Shown here: piece by piece, positions 56,145-64,000 of the stretch
How the letters are laid out: every line of letters starts with the position of its first letter
How positions within the stretch are numbered: the first letter of the stretch is position 1
IMG/VR virus record: IMGVR_UViG_3300014590_000001
Coordinates: 128,001 to 192,000 of that record
From: a virus
Taxonomy: Duplodnaviria > Caudoviricetes
Reading direction: 5' to 3' (one strand)
Length of the DNA stretch: 64,000 nucleotides
Translations under genes and position numbers: made by a program
The notes under the pieces: generated by a model
Database searches by the model: none
The model's input: only the letters and a program-made list of their open reading frames with translations
Told to the model about the DNA's origin: nothing

Positions 56145-56769
56145 CAGCAGCCAGCGCCAAATGTGAATTGCGGGAGGCTTCGAGAATCAGATCGCGAAGT
56201 TGTTGTGCTGTCATTAGTACCGGACAGTTAAGCGACTTGATGTGATTCGAATTGAAATCATCTTGCCAGATCCAATAATCTTTGCGAAGTGCGGCACGGT
56301 GAAGATTTAATTCTTCTTGTTGTGCTTCAATCGTTTTATCTTTCGCTGCCAGATGTTCAGAGTAGCCAGCAACGCGTGTTAAGATCTGGCGATTCTGAAT
56401 GATCGGAAGATCCATCATTCGACTACGTGCTGAAATTTCAGAAAGACGTTCTTCACACAAAACAAAATCTGAATGAATAACTGTTTCGCAGAAATCTGTC
56501 TCAAAAATTCCAGTGCCGGGGTAACGAGCCAGAGCGGTGCCGCTATTTGGAGAGAAGCGGATGAAATATTCGCTGCCGTTAAAATCAATTTCCGCAAAGT
56601 GGCAGAAGTGAATTTTGTAATCGTGGTTCGTGCCATTTTGAACAAACACGCAAAGAATCTTAGGAAGACTCTCGACAATCTTTTTCATTGTCTGTTCATC
56701 AATTGTGAACGAGCGATTGATCCATTGCTGTTCATTCATTTTTAAGTAGAGCGCAGAAACTTTTTGCAT
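56137..56769 (-). CDS. hypothetical protein
   Basis: 210 aa, GAGG RBS. Confidence 0.7.
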   Translation of the reverse strand: MQKVSALYLKMNEQQWINRSFTIDEQTMKKIVESLPKILCVFVQNGTNHDYKIHFCHFAEIDFNGSEYFIRFSPNSGTALARYPGTGIFETDFCETVIHSDFVLCEERLSEISARSRMMDLPIIQNRQILTRVAGYSEHLAAKDKTIEAQQEELNLHRAALRKDYWIWQDDFNSNHIKSLNCPVLMTAQQLRDLILEASRNSHLALAADE

Positions 56770-56778
56770 GTTCTTTCC

Positions 56779-57417
56779 TCAGATGATCCACTGTTCGTAC
56801 CAGAGCGGAATTGGTTCTAACATTAACGCCATTGCGATGCAGAATCCGTGACCAAATTTTTTATCCGGATTGTTCAGCGCATATAAAAATGGATGGCGCG
56901 ATTGGTCTTTGTACGCTTTCACTGCGTCGTAAGTATCGTAATCACGAATCACAATGTTAGCGCCTTTCTTATATTGCTTTTGTAACTTACGGAATTTTGT
57001 GCAAGGCAAAAGAAGTTTCGCATATTCCGGAACGTAGATTTGTTTACGCGCAGAAATATAGGACAGGCGTTGATTTCCCCACTTAGAGAAAATCGCTTTC
57101 TTTCCTTTACCCATCGGATAGCGAACGCCCTTGCGAGTTCGCGCACCTTCCAAATGCCAGCGAAACCACTCAGCGGAAACTTCACCACTCAACAAAGTTG
57201 AATCGTGTTCTAAATGTTCTTCATAGACTTTGCTGTACTGCCACATGTTTTCAAAGTTGAAAAACAAAATGCCGTCAGGAGTTCGGCAAGGGCCAAGTTT
57301 AAACGGACTCAGCGCTGACCATTCTGCGTCAGTTGAAACAGGCGTTATATCCAGATCAACATTCTTCGGCGCTTTGTCCTTCAGTGATAGCACCGTCACT
57401 GTTCCCATTTTCTTCAA
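56779..57417 (-). CDS. conserved phage protein (DUF6939-like from memory)
   Basis: LSPF, FENMWQYSKVY, ARKQIYVPEY, FGHG motifs. Confidence 0.6.
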   Translation of the reverse strand: MKKMGTVTVLSLKDKAPKNVDLDITPVSTDAEWSALSPFKLGPCRTPDGILFFNFENMWQYSKVYEEHLEHDSTLLSGEVSAEWFRWHLEGARTRKGVRYPMGKGKKAIFSKWGNQRLSYISARKQIYVPEYAKLLLPCTKFRKLQKQYKKGANIVIRDYDTYDAVKAYKDQSRHPFLYALNNPDKKFGHGFCIAMALMLEPIPLWYEQWII

Positions 57418-57613
57418 GATACTTCTCCACGATTTCGCACATCAAAGTACGCAAAGAAATATCACGCTTGTTCGCAATCTTTTGCAGACGTGCTTTATTC
57501 TCAATCGTACCGTAGGCTGGCAGATGTTCAGTCTGCCGTTTGATATTCTTTTTCTTAGTCGCCGGAGGAACAAACGCATGGCGATTCAAACGCACACCCA
57601 TCGGAATTTTCAT
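57356..57613 (-). CDS. ribbon-helix-helix (CopG/Arc-like) DNA-binding protein
   Basis: KARLQKIANKRDISLRTLMCEIVEKYL; AAGGA RBS. Confidence 0.65.
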   Translation of the reverse strand: MKIPMGVRLNRHAFVPPATKKKNIKRQTEHLPAYGTIENKARLQKIANKRDISLRTLMCEIVEKYLEENGNSDGAITEGQSAEEC

Positions 57614-57621
57614 TTGTATCC

Positions 57622-57846
57622 TTACGCAAAATACCAAAAGATTAAATAAAGCAGATAAGATACAGCCATTACAATTGCCGTGCTGTTCGTACTTTTATTC
57701 ATTACCTCTGCAATCTTTTTTCCGAAAACAAATTCCAGATCAACGCCGAGGTGAAGAAGACGCAATCGAACGAGAGTCGAAATCACAGCAGACAAAACAT
57801 TGAGACAGAAGATTGCATAAAACAGACAGGCAAGAAAGGCGCACAT
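57622..57846 (-). CDS. small membrane protein
   Basis: two hydrophobic segments. Confidence 0.55.
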   Translation of the reverse strand: MCAFLACLFYAIFCLNVLSAVISTLVRLRLLHLGVDLEFVFGKKIAEVMNKSTNSTAIVMAVSYLLYLIFWYFA

Positions 57847-57849
57847 ATT

Positions 57850-58392
57850 TTATTCCGTAGGTATAGGTTCGTAAGTCATAGTGTAACCACGGCGTTTCAT
57901 TTCTTCGATCATTTCGCCAATGGTTGCGGATTTTAAAAACGGGTTGCGCTCAACAGTGCGACGAACTTGCTTGCGCGGCGTAGTTGTTTTTGGATCGACA
58001 AAGAAACGCATACAGTGAGACAGACCGATACCTGCATTCGCATCCAGTGCCGACTCTGTATAGCCTTTATCTAATCCTGCATTTGAATTCAGGAAATCTA
58101 CTACAACACGCTTACGCCACGGAGCAAACATAGTGTCGTTTGAAATTTCCGGACGCTCTTTCCAAGTGATCGTAAACGGTTTATCCGTGTGAGAAGCACC
58201 TTTGATATTTGCAAAGTAATAAACATCGCGCAGCAGATAAAACTCGTACTCACCTGCATCCTCAACAGCCAGCAACACAGACGCGACAGTTGAAAGTTTT
58301 GATTTGATACGCAGGAACGAAAAAATTTCCTTTGCTTCAAACTGTCTTTTACTGCATTTAATTACCAAACACGAAACGGTAGACTTACCCAT
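57850..58392 (-). CDS. hypothetical protein
   Basis: 180 aa, GGAG RBS. Confidence 0.7.
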   Translation of the reverse strand: MGKSTVSCLVIKCSKRQFEAKEIFSFLRIKSKLSTVASVLLAVEDAGEYEFYLLRDVYYFANIKGASHTDKPFTITWKERPEISNDTMFAPWRKRVVVDFLNSNAGLDKGYTESALDANAGIGLSHCMRFFVDPKTTTPRKQVRRTVERNPFLKSATIGEMIEEMKRRGYTMTYEPIPTE

Positions 58393-58413
58393 AAAAATTT
58401 ACTCCAGAAAATG

Positions 58414-58444
58414 AAAAAGGGAATGAACCGAAGTCCACTCCCTT
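58414..58444 (-). terminator. intrinsic terminator
   Basis: AGGGAGTGGAC-TTCG-GTTCATTCCCT-TTTT. Confidence 0.8.
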
Positions 58445-58448
58445 ATAT

Positions 58449-60227
58449 TTACACTTTTTGAATGATCATCGCATCCAGCATAACTTTGTCACGAACTTGC
58501 GCAGTGCGGCAAGCGATCTTAAAGTTGTTCGGAGCAATGATATCAAGGGTTGCAGCACCGTCCGAGTTATCCAAAGCATTGCGGAAACGACTTTGATAAA
58601 TCGCGCCTACAGTTGCCGGAGCGCCTGTAAGGAAAATGGAGTTTCCGGTAATGCGGAGTTCACATTTTTTATCAAACGTCATAATAACAGTTTCAGGTTC
58701 CGGATTGTATGCGCGTCCGTCAACCAACACATAACGCTTGCTGGAACTGGCGACAAAATTCGCCACAGTTGAGACAAGACCTTTCACAAACTTATGCGTG
58801 TTGTGTGCAATGCCCGGAGTGAGAACTTTGAAAGCCGGATGATTGTTCAATGCAAAACTGAATCCAGATTTCGAATTGAAACGCAAACGAATCGGAAGCG
58901 AAACACCAGTAGGCATTTTGTACGTGCAATCCCAAACAATAGTTTCGTTGTCTGTCAGATTTGGCACAGGCACTTCATCGAAAACTTTCAGAGAAGAAGT
59001 TGCGATCATCGACATTAACTCTTCTTTGGCGCGAAGCAGTTTTGTGTTCATTGTGCCTACAGCTTTCTGTTTGGAAACTTTGTTCTTATCAATCGCGAAC
59101 ATTTCCAGCAGCGTATCGATCACATGACCTGCATCGTAGAACTGACCAATATCTTTGATCGCGTGAGTGCGTTGATACGGCGTGAGCGTCCAACGTTCTT
59201 TCTCAAACGTCAGAGTACCGAAAGCACCGGAGCCGTAAGTGAGTTCCATGCCAGCGCCTTTAACATGGCACTTCAGCCCAGGAATATTACGGCAAAGGTT
59301 TTGTGCAATCGCGTTGAAATGATCTGCATACTTGTCGGTATTCTTCGCGAGCGTTTGCGGCATCACGTCAGAAATTTCATCGATCAATGCGAGTTCAGTT
59401 TTCTTCGGAGCGGTGCCAGCAGTAGTGTTGTTACCTGCATTCTGTTTATCAATCGCAGCTTTCAAACGCATACACGCATTGGCGAGATTCACGTTATCCT
59501 GAAACTCAGTGCCAACACCTTTTTCGTTGTAAGCACCGTGACTGAATTTTCCATCGCCGTGAATCTGAAGCGCCCAACTCAGTTTAGGATCATCTTTCTT
59601 CGGCTGAAGAACAATCATCGTGCTACCGCGTGGCGTTTTCACAATGTCATGATCGTTAACAGTCAGGCCAAGTTTCACCAGAATGCGAACGGCAATATTA
59701 ACCGTGTGCGCTTGAATTGGTTTTTTATCACGATCAGGAACTTCAGGCCAACTCATTGTGATCGGTTTGTCTTGAGTCTTCGGCGGCGCAGGAGCGGGTT
59801 CAGAAACTGGCGCAACTTTCGGTTCTTTTGGCGGCTTAACTTTTGGCACAGGCTTAACAACGTTTTTAGTTTTGCCCGCAGCCTCTTGCCATTTCTTCGC
59901 GACCTTAATACCGCTCAGTGCTTTGAGACTTGTCTCCAGAGTTTTCGCTTTCAGAAGATCTTGCATTGCTTTGATCGTTGCTTTGCCGGAAGCGAGTTTT
60001 TGGAATTTGATAATCTCGTCATCTTCCGCATCACGCAGCATAAGCAGGAAACCGCGAAGGTTTGGAGACAGAACGATTTTTGATTTAGAAAGTTTCTCAA
60101 TGCTTTCCAGAATTTTCAGGTAGTTCTTACCTAAGAGATATTTTGCCGCCTCTTTTTGAGCAACAGTTGCTGACAGAGAGATCACGTCAACAGCGGAGTT
60201 CAAGTGAGGCAAAGAAATAGTTGTCAT
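58449..60227 (-). CDS. large basic hypothetical protein
   Basis: GAGG RBS before ATG 60227 (MTTISLPH); Pro/Lys linker. Confidence 0.8.
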   Translation of the reverse strand: MTTISLPHLNSAVDVISLSATVAQKEAAKYLLGKNYLKILESIEKLSKSKIVLSPNLRGFLLMLRDAEDDEIIKFQKLASGKATIKAMQDLLKAKTLETSLKALSGIKVAKKWQEAAGKTKNVVKPVPKVKPPKEPKVAPVSEPAPAPPKTQDKPITMSWPEVPDRDKKPIQAHTVNIAVRILVKLGLTVNDHDIVKTPRGSTMIVLQPKKDDPKLSWALQIHGDGKFSHGAYNEKGVGTEFQDNVNLANACMRLKAAIDKQNAGNNTTAGTAPKKTELALIDEISDVMPQTLAKNTDKYADHFNAIAQNLCRNIPGLKCHVKGAGMELTYGSGAFGTLTFEKERWTLTPYQRTHAIKDIGQFYDAGHVIDTLLEMFAIDKNKVSKQKAVGTMNTKLLRAKEELMSMIATSSLKVFDEVPVPNLTDNETIVWDCTYKMPTGVSLPIRLRFNSKSGFSFALNNHPAFKVLTPGIAHNTHKFVKGLVSTVANFVASSSKRYVLVDGRAYNPEPETVIMTFDKKCELRITGNSIFLTGAPATVGAIYQSRFRNALDNSDGAATLDIIAPNNFKIACRTAQVRDKVMLDAMIIQKV

Positions 60228-60245
60228 AAATCCTCGCTGAAAATA

Positions 60246-60279
60246 AAAAAGGCTACCGCCCATAAGAGAAGTAGCCTTT
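60246..60279 (-). terminator. intrinsic terminator
   Basis: AAAGGCTAC...GTAGCCTTTTTT. Confidence 0.7.
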
Positions 60280-60283
60280 GTGT

Positions 60284-60535
60284 TTACGTGATTAATCGAA
60301 ATTGTGTTCCATCTTCGACCCACACGACTTGACCAATCAGTGCATTCTTACGGTAGTAAGAAATTACCTTCCTGTCAGTGGATTGTTCAGAAACACAATC
60401 AGTTGTGCAACGGACAAACATACGGCAGTCAACTTCCCGAAAAGTTTTCACAGTCGAAATTTCTTCCGGCTCTTTTGAAAACCATTCAGAACGTCGATTA
60501 TTATATGCGAGTCTAAGTTCACCGCGATTCGCCAT
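60284..60535 (-). CDS. hypothetical protein
   Basis: 83 aa, GAGG RBS. Confidence 0.65.
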   Translation of the reverse strand: MANRGELRLAYNNRRSEWFSKEPEEISTVKTFREVDCRMFVRCTTDCVSEQSTDRKVISYYRKNALIGQVVWVEDGTQFRLIT

Positions 60536-60639
60536 AACAATGTCCTCATTCTATTTTGTAGTGACAATACTATGTCACCTAAATAAATTAGGAACAAAGT
60601 TAGGAAATTGTTAGCAGCCTAAGTGAAAGTTTTTAGTGT

Positions 60640-61146
60640 TTATTTTGCACTAACAGTTGAAGAAATCGCGAACAGATCGTGCAGCAGATCAATTTGTTTG
60701 ATCAGAATCTTTTTGTGAGCGTCACTGAAATTGTCGAACCGTTCCGCGTGACCTTCACCGAGGAACGCTGCAACAACGCTTTGATTGCGCGTAGAGATCG
60801 TGGTGCCATCTTCATCTTCAATCACTTCCTCTTCGTCAATTTGCTCAGGCTTCTTGAGCATTTCCAGAGTGAAACTAACCTGATATTCCCGACCGCGTGA
60901 GCCAGGCATTTCGACTTGTTGGTAGTTGCCGATTTGGACAATTTCAAAACCGTCCGGATAGTTAGTGCGGAACCATTCAGCGTCTTCAGAAATAATATTA
61001 AAGTTATTACTGAATTCATTCACACTCACTTTAAAGTGTGCAGTAATTTTAACGCCGCTTTCATCTGAATCAAAATTTGGCGTAGCCTTATAGTTGGCAA
61101 CGAGGTGTTCAATCAATGCGTGAATTGCGTGATTAGAGTCAATCAT
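60640..61146 (-). CDS. hypothetical protein
   Basis: 168 aa. Confidence 0.7.
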   Translation of the reverse strand: MIDSNHAIHALIEHLVANYKATPNFDSDESGVKITAHFKVSVNEFSNNFNIISEDAEWFRTNYPDGFEIVQIGNYQQVEMPGSRGREYQVSFTLEMLKKPEQIDEEEVIEDEDGTTISTRNQSVVAAFLGEGHAERFDNFSDAHKKILIKQIDLLHDLFAISSTVSAK

Positions 61147-61783
61147 TTTTCAGTCCAAATAGATCAGTGAGAATTGGATTTAAACTATGCACCGTTCGAG
61201 AAGAATAGCGCCCATCAAAAATAACTGTCATGAGTAACGTGTGGTAATCAACGTACACAGAAAAGTTATGCAGCTTGACCGTGTAGCCGCGCAAGTCTTC
61301 TTCGACATGAATATACACATCGTGGCGGCATTTCAGTTTTGTTTCTTCTGCAATCTTCGCAACAGAATACGTAACTGAACGTGCGAGTTCTACGCGAGGA
61401 CAGCGCTTAAACGCATCGGCTTGCGTAATGATTTCCTGATAAACTTTTGCAATCAGAACAACAAAGTCTAAAGGCAATTCGTCGAAACCATTTCGAGTAA
61501 GGCCGACAACATAGTGAGGTGCAGGAACGTAACCACCGTCCATTGGAACGTTGATACCACGCAGTTTAAGATCGTCACGGACAATCTGCGGTACGTTTAT
61601 CCAGTGGCTTCGAAAATCAATCTCGTTCCAAAATCCGCTAACTCTTTCTTTTAGTTCGTCAGAGTTCACGTACACAGAGAAACCAAATTGCGGTTCATGA
61701 TTCACGTCAGTAACGAATCTGATTTGTGGTTTGCATTGAGCAGAAATAATCTTTTGACAGAATTCATCCGTGGTAAGAATCAT
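61139..61783 (-). CDS. hypothetical protein
   Basis: 214 aa. Confidence 0.7.
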   Translation of the reverse strand: MILTTDEFCQKIISAQCKPQIRFVTDVNHEPQFGFSVYVNSDELKERVSGFWNEIDFRSHWINVPQIVRDDLKLRGINVPMDGGYVPAPHYVVGLTRNGFDELPLDFVVLIAKVYQEIITQADAFKRCPRVELARSVTYSVAKIAEETKLKCRHDVYIHVEEDLRGYTVKLHNFSVYVDYHTLLMTVIFDGRYSSRTVHSLNPILTDLFGLKND

Positions 61784-62541
61784 ACAATCGCCTCAGAGAT
61801 TGAAATGTAGTTACGCATAACATAACTGCGGAAACGTGAAGTCGGAATATACAGATGTTTTTTATTTACCTTTAATGTTCCTGCAACGCGAGTGATCATT
61901 TCATCGGAGAGAAATTTGCACAGGTCTTCTTCGATAACAATGTAATCGAGATCTTTCACGCGACCTTTGATAAAGTTCCCTTCAAGGAAGCAATCAAAGA
62001 ATTCACGATACGTAATATTCTGTACGAGATCGTCAACATTAGGCATATAGTTCAGGCCACGAGTGTTGCGGATATCGTTGGTGTGGAGATTGAACAACGC
62101 TTCCTTCAGGCAGTAGATAAGTTTCTCACTAAGTTGTGCGGAAGCGATGTAACGAATTTGAGTGCCGCTAGAATTGGTTGCATTCCAAACGGATTTAAAC
62201 ATTTGAGACAACGCACGGATAAATTTTTCTTTATCGAGCACGTCGAGGTTGTCAGAGAAAATAAACGTTGGGCGAACTAACGTGTTGCCTCGAATAACAT
62301 GATCGGTCTGGAAAATTCCAATCGGAACAATATCGGCAGGAGGATCGCGGCGCAGCGTACTGAAGATAGAACCCTTTGCAGCGTTCTCAGTTACGTCAAC
62401 GTAATACAAAAGATTTCCTTTAGCTTCTTCGAGAGAAAGGCCGAGATCGTCTTCTGATTTCGAACGGTGATAAGTACCGTGAACGATTCCATCAATCACG
62501 AACTGATCTTTGAACAATACAACTTCGATGAAGTTTTGCAT
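61780..62541 (-). CDS. hypothetical protein
   Basis: 253 aa, AGGAG RBS. Confidence 0.7.
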   Translation of the reverse strand: MQNFIEVVLFKDQFVIDGIVHGTYHRSKSEDDLGLSLEEAKGNLLYYVDVTENAAKGSIFSTLRRDPPADIVPIGIFQTDHVIRGNTLVRPTFIFSDNLDVLDKEKFIRALSQMFKSVWNATNSSGTQIRYIASAQLSEKLIYCLKEALFNLHTNDIRNTRGLNYMPNVDDLVQNITYREFFDCFLEGNFIKGRVKDLDYIVIEEDLCKFLSDEMITRVAGTLKVNKKHLYIPTSRFRSYVMRNYISISEAIV

Positions 62542-62578
62542 ACATAATCTCCTGTCCGGATAGGACTATCGAGAGTTT

Positions 62579-62604
62579 AAAAAAGAAGGGAACCGAAGTT
62601 CCCC
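62579..62604 (-). terminator. intrinsic terminator
   Basis: GGGAAC-TTCG-GTTCCC-TTCTTTTTT. Confidence 0.75.
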
Positions 62605-62636
62605 CGCCAAATGGCGCTACACACAGCACCTTAGTG

Positions 62637-63056
62637 CTATTCTTTATTTACAGTTTCCGGTGAGAAATCTTTTGAAAGCTGGCAAACAGAATCAAGCCAA
62701 CCATCAGGCGAAAGATGGAACACAGAAACGCTTAACGTGTACGGCGAAACTTCGCTGTCTTTATAAATCGGGCAACCTAACAATGAGCCGAGCAGCGGAG
62801 ATTTTATTTCAGTGTTTGGATCGATATATCCGTAGAACGTTCCTTGATTTTCAAAATCAACCGCCATGTTTTCAAACACAGTTGCTATTTCTTCGCCTAC
62901 GAAAATAACAAGGTGATCTTCTGAAACAGCTTGCGTCTGCGCGTCAATGACTAGTTTTGAAACTGCATTAAACGACAGTGGAACATCAGAACGTTCGGTA
63001 GCAGAAAAGATTTTAGTGCCAGCACGAACCTCTTCAGGTTTAAAGATTTTTTCCAT
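62637..63056 (-). CDS. hypothetical protein (possible capsid-fold fragment)
   Basis: GGAG RBS before ATG 63056; LLGSLLGCPIYKD. Confidence 0.65.
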   Translation of the reverse strand: MEKIFKPEEVRAGTKIFSATERSDVPLSFNAVSKLVIDAQTQAVSEDHLVIFVGEEIATVFENMAVDFENQGTFYGYIDPNTEIKSPLLGSLLGCPIYKDSEVSPYTLSVSVFHLSPDGWLDSVCQLSKDFSPETVNKE

Positions 63057-63092
63057 TAGAAACTCCAAGCGCCCCCGAAGGAGCGCTTTTTA

Positions 63093-64000
63093 TTAATCGT
63101 CGTCGCCACCATCATCGGAAGATGATTTGCCTTTTGCAATAATACTTGCGCGAAGCATTTCACGACCTTTAGGTGATACGATGAATTTGAAACACCACGC
63201 ACGTAAGCTGTTAGGCTTAACGTCCATCTTCTTGCAGATTTTCGTAATCTGTTCTTTGTTGCCATTGATCAGAGTACGGAATTCCTGCCAGTCGATTGCA
63301 ACTTTACTTGCGAGAGGACACGGCGCGACAAACTTAATGCGGTTACGAGTACCAGCGATCAGCCCGATAGTTTTCATGTAGTGCCATGTATCGAACACCG
63401 GATCGAAACCACGCGCTTCACCTTTACCGTCAGATTCCCACAGACGAACCCACGTTGTTTGGTTTGGAATGCCGCCCATTTTATTTTTGATTGTGCGAAT
63501 CGCAATAAAACGATAACGGTCAATGCCACCTTCATGAGTTACGCTGTCTTCACCAACGATTCCCGGCGCATCTTTCAGTACAGGCCAACCTTGCGGAACA
63601 GCACGGCTTGCCATACGTAGACGAACATCAGAATAAAACTTCAGTGCATCGCCGCACGGTTCGTATTCCGGAGATCCAAACATCGTCGCAGGTTTTTGAC
63701 GCAACTGGTTAATACCAATGATCGTCATCATCTTACGACGCATACCACCACGGAAACGTTTGATACCGTCAGAGAACATACGCGCTTGCAACGCCATTGC
63801 TTTTGAACCTTCGTCATCATCGACTTGATCCGGCATCATTGCAGGATACGAATCGACGAGCGTAAGACTTTGCATGTGTGCATCAGGCGCAGGAACTTTG
63901 AATTGGTTGTGAGCACTGAACCACTTCTTATCGAAATGGCTGCCGACCAGCTTTCTGTTTTCTTGCGTATTTTCGAAAACAAAGAATGCTTTGCCGTCCT
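63093..64000 (-). CDS. recA: RecA/UvsX-family recombinase, 3' part (5' end outside window)
   Basis: Walker B LVDS, MALQARMFS, INQLRQK, FGSPEYEPCGDALKFYSDVRL, KNK motifs; frame open to 64000. Confidence 0.88.
   Translation of the reverse strand, partial: DGKAFFVFENTQENRKLVGSHFDKKWFSAHNQFKVPAPDAHMQSLTLVDSYPAMMPDQVDDDEGSKAMALQARMFSDGIKRFRGGMRRKMMTIIGINQLRQKPATMFGSPEYEPCGDALKFYSDVRLRMASRAVPQGWPVLKDAPGIVGEDSVTHEGGIDRYRFIAIRTIKNKMGGIPNQTTWVRLWESDGKGEARGFDPVFDTWHYMKTIGLIAGTRNRIKFVAPCPLASKVAIDWQEFRTLINGNKEQITKICKKMDVKPNSLRAWCFKFIVSPKGREMLRASIIAKGKSSSDDGGDDD

Noticed and set aside
60561-60578. CRP site
   Set aside because: GTGA-N10-TCAC spacing does not fit TGTGA-N6-TCACA
1-64000. tRNA genes, introns, inteins, alternative genetic code
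   Set aside because: No cloverleaf or T-loop signature in intergenic gaps; known enzymes are uninterrupted and use all standard stops

Overview
64 kb of a large lytic dsDNA (jumbo-type) bacteriophage genome, most likely infecting an enterobacterial or other gammaproteobacterial host. The basis is sigma70-like promoters and a YbiI-like gene; from memory the gene content recalls Erwinia Y3 / Dickeya JA-type jumbo myophages, which I could not verify. About 100 densely packed genes all lie on the minus strand. Recognisable genes: split type IIA topoisomerase (GyrB-like plus GyrA-like lacking the CTD), HNH protein, histone H1-like protein, HD phosphohydrolase, exported SLT, dUTPase, UvsE, DksA/TraR-family YbiI, radical SAM enzyme, Tpt1/KptA, GNAT-like protein, beta-class amino DNA methyltransferase and the 3' part of a RecA-family gene. 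No tRNA, rRNA, CRISPR array or IS was seen. Main unexplained structure: (1) 11 copies of a 25-bp box, each exactly 28 nt upstream of a -10-like hexamer; (2) one of these promoters drives only an ~83-nt hairpin-capped, terminator-ended RNA; (3) two promoter leaders can fold into H-type pseudoknots next to or over the ribosome-binding site; (4) a family of roughly 15 proteins carrying a two-helix SAP/LEM/Rho-N-like motif, often joined to long acidic or Lys-rich disordered tracts, suggesting a phage chromatin or compartment-forming system; (5) a second clustered motif, CTGTA(A/T)A.
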